Assembly (NCBI GenBank): GCA_036172245.1
Contig: JAYWIR010000150.1
Location: 1-61,509, forward strand
Source: Raillietiella orientalis
Lineage: Eukaryota
Direction: 5' to 3'
Length of the DNA stretch: 61,509 nt
This document shows positions 47,225-59,500 of the stretch, piece by piece (position 1 is the first letter of the stretch; each line of letters begins with the position of its first letter). A program made the position numbers and the translations under genes. The notes below the pieces were generated by a model. The model saw only the letters and a list, made by a program, of their open reading frames with translations. It was not told where the DNA came from and made no database searches.

Positions 47225-50200
47225 TGCGGGGAATCGCGTCTTCTCGTCGTCTGTCCGAAACGTGTTGGAACGTGAACGGACTATGGAACGACGAGAAGAG
47301 GCGATTAGTAGCCTACGCCCTGCGCCCCTTCGACCTCGCGCTCCTGCAGGAGATTCACGTAATCTCCGACGAGCAGGCAGCCGAAATCGAGGAGCGCGCA
47401 GGCGGAACGCTACATTGGCGGTGCGGCGGCGCACACACGTGCGGCGTCGCGTTCCTCGTAAGAGGAAAAATGGCGGAAGCGGTGCGTAGTGTTCGTTCCG
47501 ATGACGACGGACGGATAGGCCAGCTTGTCATCAAGTGGTCCGAGTCCATCGATCTCGTCGCTACGAACGTCTACGCGCCGAGTGGCTCTCGCTACCTCGA
47601 AGAAAGAGTAGCTTTCTTTGGTGAGGTGCAGAGCCACTGGCTCAACAACTCCGGTTTCCAAGTGGCGCACCTCGTCGCTGGGGACTTCAACGTCCGCCTG
47701 CTCTCCGACGATTGGAGCCGCCCGAGGGAACGCGCGCTGCCCATCGAGATGTGCGCGTCCGTGCACGCCGCCAACTTGATGGTCAGCGAAGCTGGAATGG
47801 AAAGATCGCTCGATCACTTTTTCCTCGTTGAAAACCTGCATTCGCGTGTGGGTAGGAGAGGAAGATTGTTGACTAGGCTTTCTGACCACCACAGGTTGGA
47901 GTTTGAGATCCTTCCGCCAGGCAGGGGGCCTCCGTTTCAAAGCTGGAGGATGCAGGCATATTGGCTTAGCCAACCGGAGGCTACGGAGCATCTATGTGGA
48001 TACCTCCGAGGCTTTGCCATTCAAGAACTTGCGGGCGCGATCTTGATCTCAAAAGATCTGTCCGCGAGTTCTGCTGCCAATTCCCCTTGCACCGGCTTCC
48101 ACGCGGTTTCGGAGAGGGTGTGGCCAACAGTAGAGACTTTCTGCAGGCCCGCACGTTTTCGAGACGCGCCGATGTCGGGCGTCTCCCAGAGTACAAGGCG
48201 AGTGCCGAGCGCCAGGTCTGGCAGTCCGGAGCAGCATGCCTGCTGGACGACAAGGGCCAGGAATGTTCGGCCCCAGCCGAAGTACGCCGCATTGTGAGAC
48301 GCTACTACTCCTCTCTGTACGCGGAATCCCCTACGGAGGATATTCTTTTTAAGATACTCCTGTCTCAGGATGCTCGTGTTGTCGGCGAGGAGGAACGCGA
48401 ACGTCTCGACGAGCCCTTCACGGCGGATGAATTTTCGTCCGCCATGAATAGGCTGAAGAGACGAAAGGCGCCAGGCGAGGATGGGCTCCCTGCAGAGTTT
48501 TATCAGTGCTTTGCAGTGGAGCTCATTCCCTTGATGCTGAAACTTGCGGCGATGTTGAGTGAATCCGGGAATGTCCCAGATTCCTTCCGCTCAGCGAAGG
48601 TGCGTCTCCTGCTGAAAGGCGGAGACTTGCGTTAACTTGACAACTGGCGTGCGATCACCTTGGTGAACTCGGACGTCAAGTTGTTTTCCAAGCTGTGGAT
48701 CGCGCGGTTAGGAAGTATCGCGGAATCTGTGGTGAGCCCGGAACAAATCTACGCGGTTCCGGGACGATCCATGGAGGCGAACATCCTTTTCGCGCGTACA
48801 TGGATGCAGCTGCAGGAAGTTGTGGCGCAGCAAAGCCAGGCTGCTGCGAAAGTCACTGCCGCAGGCAAGAAGAACAGGCGCCGACGGCAGGAGGGAACGC
48901 CAGGTGCCTTGGCGGTCGCGGTCGATCTCCACAAGGCGTTCGACTGCGTAAACCAGAAGCTGCTTTTGGAGCTTATGGAACGCCTTGGGTTCCCGGCGCA
49001 ACTCCTGCTGTATTTGCGCGCGTGCTGGCGCCACGCGCTTACCTGCATTACTTTCAGCGGCTGCCGCGTGTATGGTATTCCCGTTCGTAGGAACATCCGA
49101 CAGGGCGACTGCTTAAGCCCGTTGCTCTTCAGCATCTTCTTTGAGTTGGTGCTAAGAGCCTAGAGGCTGACGCTGACTCACTTGCCAAGCTCCTGCCCGG
49201 GAACGCCTGCCGTGGCCGCCTACGCTGATGACCTGCTTCTTCTGCTCCCCATGTCCACCCCGGCGTCCAGTGTCGAGGATTTCTTCGACCTGATTCGTCG
49301 GGGAGCAGGCATGAGCGTGAACAGAGAGAAGAGAGTGGTCGTTCCTGTGGGTACTTCGTGGCAGGGGTAGTCCGACTGGATCCGCCTGAAAATCCCCACG
49401 GGCGGGTACTTTAAGTACCTTGGCGTTCCGTTGGGCGCTTTCGGCGCAGCCGAAGCGTATGCGGAATGCCTTCAGAAAGCAGAGTTGGCCATCAGCCCGT
49501 TCTTTAAAGGCAAGTTAACCTTGCAGGAACGAACGACTATTTGGAACACCTTTGTGGCCCCCCTCCTCCGTCCCCTTTTTTTTGTTTCGAACCCCCCTAT
49601 GCGGCAAAACAGCGGGCTAAACGCCTGCTCAGGAACGCTCCCTGGGATCCGGCGAGATCCAGGATCCGCCTTAAAGATTTGTTAGCTCCGCGTCGGGATG
49701 CTGGTTTGGGTATCTTGACAATGGACCGAATCGGACTGCGGGTGCAGTTCCGACTGCTGGCACTGTGTGCCCAGCTATGGACATCCCCCCTGTGTGTGCC
49801 AGCCCGCATTCTCCTGCGGAGATGCGCCGGCAGCGGAGGATTTCTCTCGCTTTTGCCGGGCACTCAATACAGGAAGCGGGGTTTCGGGTATCCATTGCGG
49901 CAGTTGACCGCACTTCTGGAAGCTCAATCGTGGATCTCCTGCCGCCCAATGAACTTTGAAGCTTGGCGGCAGGAGTCTGTTGAATCCTGGGCGGCGTTCC
50001 AAGGAATACGCCCTGAAGATCTTCGCCTCCTGCGTCGATTTTTTCCACGATCCTTGGAAGAAGTACTGCAGGACGAGGTGAAGTTTTCTACCCTGGCTGC
50101 CACGCCTCTTGCCGCAGCGCTGTCTGTCCTCAGGGCAAGAAACGACAGTTACCAACCGGCGAGGTGGGAGGTTTCCTGCACGATAGCGGGAGGAACCAAA

Positions 50201-50818
50201 ATCCTTGGCGCCTGGAAGACGAGTGAGTTGGCGGACGCCGCCACACCTCGTGTTACTGCAAAGGAACTCCTCCGGTGGGCAGAAGAACTTGCTGTCACCC
50301 CCGAAGAACTTGTAGTCCCTCCACAGTGTATGGACAGTTCGCTGCTCCCCCTTGCTTGGATACAAGCCGTGCTGCTTTTCGTTCACTGGGGTTTTCAGTG
50401 CAACGAGCGTTGGCATCGTGACTCCGGGGGACTTGCGCCTGCGAACTGCGTTCGGTGCGGATCGACGGAGTCGATTCCGCACATACTTCTGGACTGCGGT
50501 GTCCTACAAGAACTGTGGCGTAGGCTGGCAACAGCACTAATGCATCCCGTGGACACCGCAAGAGACTTGCTGCGACGATTCTTCGCGCCGAGCGGGCTAT
50601 CACTAAGCGCAAGGATTGCAACCATCGGTTGCATACGCGCGATAGTTTCCGTCCGCCAGGCGTTGGTAATCAACGGACAGCACCAAGAGGTAATCAGGAA
50701 AGCATCCTTCTACATGGTAGCATCCGCTAGATGGCCTCATTTGACAGAGGAGACAAAAAGGAATCTCGCCGCAATACAATGCCGGTTTACACACCCTCAG
50801 CAGCGGCCAACCCGGTGA
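47224..50818 (+). pseudogene. LINE ORF2 with frameshifts and stops (48633, 49161, 49368)
   Basis: WNVNG, LQE, GDFN, SDH, KAPGEDG, DLHKAFD, YADD, CVRCGSTESIPHILLDC. Confidence 0.92.
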
Positions 50819-51059
50819 TCATTGCCCTACCCTCCATAAACTATGTTTGTATTTTCTTTTTACACCCGCGTCCCCATAGGCTCCGGAACATTTTAGGTGC
50901 TCATCGTATAAATCCCCGTGAGTACGGAGCCTAACCAAAAACCCGTTACCCTTCCCTCCAGTTTTTGATTTTTGTTTGTTTCCCCTCATTCCTCCCGCGC
51001 TGCGAGCGATTTGTTTACCAGGCCTTCGTGCCGGTAATTTTTCTATGTTCTCTGTCGTT

Positions 51060-52120
51060 CTGAATCACCCGCACCAATGGATGTGGGCCAACAGGTACGA
51101 ACAACACCCCCTCCGTACGGGCAGCCGCAGACGTCGGCACGAAAGAAGGATGAAGAGTTGGTGGGCAAGACGCTAACCCCGTCCAGGGACCCGCCCCAAA
51201 AGGTGGCAAGAGCACCACCGCCAGGTTCCCAGGAATAACACCTGGAATCGCCTGTCGCCGTCGGAATTGCGGGGCCAGTTGGAATGTTATCGGGCTGCAC
51301 GACGATGGAAGCAGACGAGATAGAGCCGCCAACTTGCGAGATTTTGACCTGGTGCTTCTGCAGGAGATCCACGTCATCACCGCAAAAGGCGCACATGAGA
51401 TCGAAACGATCGCGAAAGTGCGGTTGTACTGGCGATGCGGCGCCCGCAAACCTTGTGGGGTCGCGTTCTTCCTAAAGCCAGCCATTAACGCTGCCGTGAA
51501 GAGCGTGCGCTTTGGGGACGACGGACGGATCGGCCAACTGATTCTCAGATGGTCCGATTCGATCGCCCTCATCGTCACCAATGTGTACGCTCCTAGCGGT
51601 AAACAGGGATACCACCAGCGCAACGCGTTACTGGAAACCTTGAAGCGCGATTGGCTGGTGGAAGCGGACGTGCGAAAGGCGCATCTGATAACAGAGCATT
51701 TCAACGTCCGTCTGCTCTCAGATCAGCCCGGAGCATAGGGTAACGCGATCAACGAGTTGTGCGCCGCCAGGCACCCACGCAACTTGTTGACAGATATAAG
51801 CGGGATGGTCAGCAGCGTGGACCACGTCTTTTTCGACGTAGACCTGTGCACACGGGTCGGAAAACGAGGGACACTTGCATCGACGCAGTCGAAGAATTCC
51901 CGGTTATTATTCGAGATGCGCCCGCGCGACAAGAAACCGTTATCCAGGGATTGGCGTATGCCAGGGGACAGGACGCGCCTTTCAGGAGCGAAAGAACATT
52001 TTAGCGAATTCCTGCGAGGCGTCACCCTCCAGAGTCTCACGGATTGGGACCTATTTAAGGACTCGGTCCGGCAGTTCTGCGAACAGTCCCCTCTGCGACG
52101 TCTGCCCCGGGGATTCGGCG
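51060..52120 (+). pseudogene. ORF1 C-terminus and APE fragment ending at LPRGFG
   Basis: PAPMDVGQQ, TAACACCTGG junction at 51236, LLQEIH, VYAP, VDHVF; left boundary approximate. Confidence 0.85.
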
Positions 52121-54484
52121 TTACCACCCAGGTACGCCCGGGGCGTCTATTTATAAAAAACTCTACAATCGCGGTACCAGGCTTCGCTCACGGCCTTATG
52201 CACGGGACCCACCGAGACGCCGGGACGCAGCCCGGCGTGGCACTCCCCGGCAGCGAAAGGGGATAGGGAAAAACAAAAAAAACAAAAAACGCAAACAAAC
52301 AAATGTGTTTGGGGGGGCAGGGAAGGGATCACTGTTCGCTGAGAGGAGGGCCCATCCGTTGAAGGAAGCCCTCGAGATCCATCCGTATATTCCCCAGTTG
52401 GGGCCATCCAGTAGCTCTCCGCAAGAAGCGTTGGGCATATGGGATGACATCCCTCGCGTGTTGACCCACTTTTTCCTTGTTGGTGTCGCTCCATGCCGCC
52501 ACGATACCTCGGACGCAGCACAAGGCTGCAAGGGCTGCGGCTGGATGCAGGGCGTCCTTCACGAAGAGGGGCCGAAGAACGTCTTTAAGGGAACTGGCCG
52601 CAGGTAGACCGAGAATCGTCCCAAACTGTTGCCAAAGGGAACGCATGGCAGCACAGTCCACAATAAGGTAAGAGAGCGATTCCTAATCTCCGCACCTGAC
52701 ACACACGAAATCCACAACTCCTCTTGTCCAGTGAGAGCGGCGTGCGTTGCTTGGTAAACCCCAATGCAACAACAGCAACGCCGACTCTTTCCACTTAACA
52801 GGCAGGATCCTGGATTCCTGAAGAAGCGGGGGCCACTTCAGCACATCCATAGTGATAACCAGCTGCTCGCACCGTCTTCTTAGTCCTCGCGGCTGGACGC
52901 TCGGTGTCGTGGCGTCGGCCTGTTCTCCTGTTGTCCAGCCTCTGATCAACTTCTCGCGTCCCTCGATGCAGCAGGGGACTTGCCACCTTGGCGTTCGGCT
53001 GCTGTAAAGTGCCCTCTTCAGGAAGGGCAGCGCCGTAGCTAGGCAGGTCGTCTCCGCCCACGTGCATCTTGCTGGACTCTCCAGGAGATTCCGCAGCGTG
53101 CAGCGGGCGAAGGGGCTACATCGGAGACGATGCCACGTTCCGTAGCTCCTCTGGTTAACCGCTGCCCACGTTCCGATGTTCTCCTCCAGCCAGGCGGAAG
53201 AGTTGGCGGGGCAGCAAACAATCCAGCTGTTCTCCTTGGCCAATGTTGCCAGGTGCCCGAGCAGTAGGCCACATCTTCGCATCTTCCGGCCACGGCTCAG
53301 AAGAAAAGAGGCGAGTCCATCGCACCGGGACTCACCACTGTCCAGGAGGCGAGCCGGAGGGCACCAAGGGGTGCTCCACATCTTCGCTGCGATGGCGACG
53401 GTTCGCCACCGCAACTGCTTCTCCACGAGCTCCAGCGTCAGGAGGCCAAGACCGCCGTCCCGACGCGGAGCGCACAAGTCCTTCAGAGGGACTCAGGGCC
53501 TCCCCTTGCCCCAAAGGGCGATACGGAGGAGGTCCTTTGTCCTCTTCTTCGATTCCACGGTGGGGGGGCAAACAAACAGCAAGGGGCGGAGGATGGGGGC
53601 CGCGAAGGCGTTCCAAACCGCGGCCCGTTCCGGCAAGTGAAACTTGCCTTCCAGGAACGGGCCGATCGCCGTCTCGACTTTTTGGAGGCAGCTGGACCAC
53701 GCTTCCGCAGGGGAGTAGTCCCCCAACGGCACACCAAGCTACTTGAAGCACCTCGCCGTGGGGATCCCCAGACGGACCCAGTCCTGCTGCAATGCCCACG
53801 CCGCACCTATTGGCACAACCGACGACTTCGCCCTGTTAACCTGCAGTCCGGTCCCGCGGCTGAGCTGATCGAAGAAGTCTCCGACCGCCTTTGCCGGGGT
53901 GGACATTGGTAACAAGAGCAGAAGATCGTCGGCGTACGCTGCTACGGCGGGCGTGCCGGGGCACGAGCTCGGCAACGGGGCCAGAGTCACCCTGTACGAT
54001 CTCAGCACAAACTCAAAGTAGGTGCTGAAGTGCAGAAAGCTGAGACTATCTTCCTGCCTTATGTCCCGCCGCAACTGCACGCAATGCACCTTGTGACCGC
54101 TGAAAGAGACGGTATTTATTGCATTCCGCAAGCAAGAGCACAGGTAGGAAATCAGGGAGGGTGGGAAGCCCATGCGACTTAGGAGCTCCAAGAGGAGGTC
54201 CTGGTCTACATATTCGAACGCCTTGTGGAGGTCGACTGCCAGCGCTAGGGCCCCCTTTCTTGCCCGTGGTTTCCTTGCCAGCCCGGCTGGCGGCCCCAAT
54301 GTGGGGTTGCCGACTTTCCCTATCCCTTTCTTCTCTCTTCTCTGCAGGTGCACCCATGTGCTTGCGAAGAAGAGGTTGGCATCCATACTTCGACCGGGAA
54401 CAGCATAAGTCTGCTCCTGGCTAATTACGGATTCTGCCACCTGCCTTAGACGCGAAGCCCATAGCCCTGCTATTAACTTGGCGT
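52121..54484 (-). mobile_element. 3' part of a lineage-A LINE (from AKLIAGLW to 3' end), decayed
   Basis: DLHKAFE, AYADD, CVRCGD; variant terminal motif (AATAGA plus hairpin) at 52121-52151. Confidence 0.9.
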
Positions 54485-54497
54485 GCGGACGTGTTTT
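54485..54497 (+). promoter_or_regulatory. Conserved 5'-terminal motif (GA)GCGGACGTGT, candidate internal promoter element; representative of 6 occurrences
   Basis: Also 11081-11092(-), 30774-30785(-), ~35192-35203(-, degenerate), ~42790-42801(+), ~45226-45237(+); always within ~10 nt of an element 5' junction. Confidence 0.6.
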
Positions 54498-54572
54498 TGT
54501 AGCGCTCCTCCGTGCCTGGTGTAAAGCGGTTGATTTCGATTGTGTTTGTGTGTGAAGCATCTGCGGTGTCCA

Positions 54573-56593
54573 ATGGCAGAAATGCCTGAGGACACCGCGA
54601 CTGATATAGGAGGGGGAGAGGCTTGCTCCTCTCCCCAACCCACAAAGGTGGGGGCAACTGCCCCCACGGAGGCGACGGCAGCCGCACCCCTGGAAAAGGG
54701 GGCAACCGCCGCCTCGGAAGTGAGGGCAAAGGCACCCTTGAAAAAGGGAACAAAAGCCCCGCTGGAACAGGGTGCAACCGCCTTCTTGAAAAAGGGGACA
54801 ACCGCAACCCTGCAAAAGGGCGCAACCGCCTCCTTGAAAAAGGGGGCACCTGCACCCTCGAAAGCGTCTTCGGCATCGCCGAAGACCTGGAGTTCACTGG
54901 CTGCAGCCCCATCTCCTGCAGCCCTCTCCGAGCAGAAAGCCTACCTGGAACAGGGATGCAAGCCGTCCTTGATATACAAGGTAGGCAATCTGTTTATCGG
55001 GAATACCGCTTGCAACTTCGAAAGGGAGTTGCAGCGGTTGAATGTAAAAGAGGAAGTCCAGGAAGGTCTTTCCGTGTTGAGTGGTGGTCAACGGGTGGAG
55101 GTGACTTGCAGAAATGCAAGCCTTGCTAGACACCTCCTAAATACGCCAATCACACTAGAAGGACGAAAGGTTTTCCCATTAACGGAGGATCGCTCCGTGG
55201 TGACGCACCTCACGGGAGTCACCCTCCGCATGTCAAAAGCCGACGTGCAAAGGGAACTCGGAAAATATGGAACGGTTCACGCGCTATGGAAAAAGCCCAA
55301 CGTCTTCCAGAGTTACGGAAGGCTGTTTAGTGGCATGGCTGTTGCGCGTGTAACCGTCCACGAAAACGGTGGGCTACCCCACAAACTAGACGTCGGCAAC
55401 AAGACAGTCGACGTCTGGTACGTGGGCAAGCCCAAGTACTGTGGACACTGTGATGCCACAGGGCATCTGAAAAAGCGGTGCCCCCACATCCAGTGTTTCC
55501 ACTGTGGAGAGAAGGGCCACCTCCGCAAAGTGTGCCCGAAACGCGAACCCCCGGCTCCCGCTGCCTTGAAAAAGGCCAAAGGGAAACGCGCGGGGGCTAC
55601 GGAAAAGTTTGCGAAGGCACCCGCGAGACAGAACCCACAGCCGGAGCCCGAGCCCGTGCAGCAAACGTTGGTCGTGGAATCTACCAACGACGCTGAAAAG
55701 AGCGAAGGCTGGCAGAAGGCGAAGCAGAAAGCGAAGAAAACAAAGAAAACCGAAGGGTCGACAGCGGAACCCGCGACGTCTCCTTTAAATAGGAGACAAC
55801 GCCGCGCGTACATCCGCGAATGTTCGGTCGCTTTGGAGCGTGTGGGGGTACCCGGAACCGCCACCGGGAGAGATATCCCCCGCGTAGACGCCGACGATAA
55901 CGCGATCACGGAAGGCGAACCCTCTGTGCAAACAGAGGTTGAACCGCGCGACGCGCTCGCCTCGATCGACGAGGCCGCCTTCCAGCAGGCGGCGGAAGAG
56001 CTCGCGGCCGAACTCGCCGACCGTGCGAACGGCGCGCAAAAGAGCTTGCGAAGGCCGGCCGCGACCAGGGCACCTCCGACAGGTGACCACGACCCGGATG
56101 CCGGAAGTGCGTCCTCCTCCACGGAGGCGCCTCCGAAGAAGACTGGACGGGAGTCCAAGAATTCCAAGAGGCGCATCCTGACGAGGAGCGAGGCGGACGC
56201 ACCGGCAGCCGAGGGGGAAGCCGGCAGCGTGGGAACGGAGGGAGGAATTTTCCCACCCTCCGCCACCGAGCAGCCGACCACCCCATGGAGGAGGGGGAGC
56301 AGGTAGGGCATTGCCTCCACCTTCCACCGGTGGAGCCTGCAGAAAAGATGGTCATGGAAGAGGGGGAGAAGACAGCTGAGAACCGCTCCCCTCTGCCGTC
56401 CAACGCAGCCGAGGAATCGGCCCCCATGGAAGAGGGGAAGCAGGTGCGTGAAGCATGCTCCCTTCAACCGTTGCGGTCCGCCGAGGAATCGCCCCCCATG
56501 GAGGTGGGAGAACCGCTGGGCGGTGCCCCCATGCCTCCATCCGTCCCACCCGACCAGGTGGCGGGAGCCCAATTGCCACTTTCCTGAAAATAA
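54573..56593 (+). pseudogene. LINE ORF1 with two CCHC knuckles; frameshift and stop near the C-terminus
   Basis: CGHCDATGHLKKRC, CFHCGEKGHLRKVC; DEAAFQQAAEELAA; frame change near 56280. Confidence 0.87.
54684..54851 (+). repeat. Degenerate 24-bp coding tandem repeat (8 aa, ~APLEKGAT) in the ORF1 N-terminus
   Basis: APLEKGAT, APLKKGTK, APLEQGAT, AFLKKGTT, ATLQKGAT, ASLKKGAP. Confidence 0.85.
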
Positions 56594-59500
56594 CACCTGG
56601 GCTCGCCTGTCGCCGTCGATTACGCGTGGCCTGCTGGAACGTGAACGGGCTGCGCGACGACGGCAACAGACGGGAAACGGCCGCCACCCTGCGTGACTTC
56701 GACCTGGCACTCCTGCAGGAGATCCACGTGATCACCGCGGAGAACGCCCAGGAGATCGAAAGGATCGCAGGGGGACGGTTGATTGTCACCCGGGTGCGCC
56801 GGGGCGTTTATTATAAACTATCCGGGAACAGGGTTCCCGGACAAAGGGGAAAACAAGAGACCAAAGGGGTGGGATCCCCGACACGCAGGTCGGCATGCCG
56901 AAAGTCCGGAACGGGAGGGAAGGGACCACAAACACACTACTATATAAAAAAATAAAAGAAAAATGTGGAGGGCAGGGGACAGGGGTCTTTGGTAAATCCG
57001 TTCCTTCCTTTTAAAACCGGCGATGGATGCCGGCGATCTCTCTCCTTACGCCCTGCGGCAGATGGGCCCATTGGGCAGCCGACGACATGTTTGCGCTGGC
57101 TAATCCGGTGGGCTGACGAAGGATGGCCAGCTTCTCCAACTCTCGGTGGGCCTTGTCGATGGCGCGGGTGCAACACACGGTTGCAACGACAGCACCCAAT
57201 GACAGGCCGCCTGGTGTGAAGAAGCGGCGCATCAACTCCCTCGCGGTGTCCCCCTGGTGCAGGAGAGCTGAGGCCAGCCTCCGCCAGAGTCCTAGAAGGG
57301 CACTGCAGTCCAGGAGCAGGTGCGGGAGCGTTTCCACTTCCCCGCACCGCTTACAGTTTGGGGAGACGACTCCCCCGGAAACAAGGTTCGTGCGCTGGTT
57401 GGAGTGAAAACCCCAATGCACCAGCATAATCACATCCTGCTTCCACGGAAGGGGGAACACAGAAGTGTTCAGACACGAGGGAGGAACCACAAGTTCTTCA
57501 AGGGGCACACTCAAGTGTTCGCTCCACCGAAGGAGTCCCTTCGGAACGTGGCGGGGCGTGGCGGCGTCCGCCAGCTCGCAAGTCTTCCAGCCGCCAATAG
57601 GTCGCGTTGTTCCTGCGATGGTGCAGGCGACCTCCCATCTCGCCGGTTCGCAACTGTCATCTCTTGCCCTGAGGGCTGACAGCGCGTCTTCGAGGGGGAT
57701 GACGGGCAGGCGGGTCCACTTCTCCTGGCTGTTGCACACCTCATCCACCGTGCAGTACGGGGAGAGGTGAGCGCAACGGAGTTCCAGGAGGGAAACATCC
57801 TGGTGCTTTGCCCAGCCATGCAACGGTTCCTGCCGCCAGGCTTCAAAGTTCGTTGGGCTACGGGGACGGTTGATGTGGCAATGCGGCTCCCGATACACCT
57901 GCGGCGTCGCGTTTTTCATGAAACCGGCGGTCGACGCTGCCGTAAAGGGCGTGCGCTTCGACGAAGCCGGTCGTGTCGGCCAGCTGATTCTCAGGTGGTC
58001 CGACACGATTGACCTCGTCGTAGCAAACGTATACGCCCCGAGCGGTTATAACAGGTAACGGGAACGCCCGGCGTTCCTGGAAAGCCTGGAGCACGAATGG
58101 CTGGTGGAAACGAACGTGCGCGTGGCTCACCTGATAGCGGGAGACTTTAATCTCCGCCTGCTATCAGGTGAGCCACACGCACAAGAACGGACGGCTAACG
58201 AGTTGTGCGCCGCCATGCGCACGCGGAACTTGTTAGGGGATCTTTCGGAAATGGTCAGCAGCATCGATCACGTCTTCCTAGATGTCCACCGCTGCTCCCG
58301 GGTCGGCAAACGGGGGAAAGTTGCGTCGGAACTGTCTGACCATTACAGATTAATATTCGAAATGTGCCCGCGCGAAAAGGGACTTCCATCCAGGGCGTGG
58401 CGGTTGCCTGGGGACTGGACGCGCCTCTCAGAAGCGAAAGAACACCTTCGCAAATCCCTGAGAGGCGTCACCCTCCGCAATCTCGATGATTGGGACCTTT
58501 TTAAGGCCTCGGTCCGCGAGTTTTGCGAGGAGTTCCCCTTGCACCTTCTGCCCCGGGGATTTGAGAAGGGGATCCGCAACGATCGAGCGTACTTGTATGC
58601 CCGTCGTTACGCGAGGACCCCCCAATGTCCGTCGCCTGGCAGAGTACCGAGCCGGGGCCGAACGTCAAGCCTGGCAATCCGGATCGGCCAGCTTCCTGGA
58701 CGACTAGGGAAGGGAGCACTCGGCTCCGGCTAGAATACGGCACCTCGTGCGGCGTTATTATTCCCTTCTTTCCGGCAGGGCACCCCTGGTCCAAGAAGTT
58801 CCTCGGCGCTTGCTTTTGAACGGGGCCCCGGCAATAGGGGAGGAGGAGAAGGAAAGCCTCGACGAGCCTTTTACCACCGGCGAAATTATCGCCGGTATCA
58901 AAAGGCTCAAGAGGCGGAAAGCACCAGGGGAGGACGGCCTGCCTGCGGAGTTTTTTTAATGCTTCGCGGCAGAGTTAGCATCCCTGGTGCTTGAGTTGAC
59001 AAGGCTGATCCGAGATGAAGGCGATGTACCCGCCTGGTTTCGGTCAGCCAGAGTGAGGCTCCTTCCGAAAGGAGGAGACCTCAGGAAACTCAGGAACTGG
59101 CGTCCGATCACAATTGTGAACACGGACGCCAAGTTGATCGCCGGACTGTGGGCTTCGCGTCTTGGGCAGGTGGCCAATTTCATAATTAGCCCGGAGCAGA
59201 ATTACGCTGTTCCCGGGCGAAGTATGGAGGCCAACCTCCTCTTCGCAAGCACATGGTTTCATGTTCAGTGTAGTAAAGAAAAGGAAGAGGGAAGGATTGG
59301 CAGCCCCGCTTTGGGGGCGTCAGCCGGGCAGGGACAGGACTTCCAGGTGGGGAAGGGAGCCTTAGCGATCGCAGTCGATCTGCATAAAGCGTTTGACTGC
59401 GTGGAGCAGGATCTCCTGCTGGAGCTCCTGGGACGCATGGGCTTCCCTCCTTCCCTACTGACCCACCTGCGCTCTTGCTGACGCAGCGCGCTGATCAATA

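Larger units (their letters stand above)
45223..51050 (+). mobile_element. Near-full-length lineage-A LINE lacking its extreme 3' end
   Basis: GTGCGGACGTGT 5' motif near 45226; ORF1, TAATG overlap 47222-47226, ORF2 to 50818, T-rich UTR; no AATAAA-hairpin terminus seen; right boundary approximate. Confidence 0.88.
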
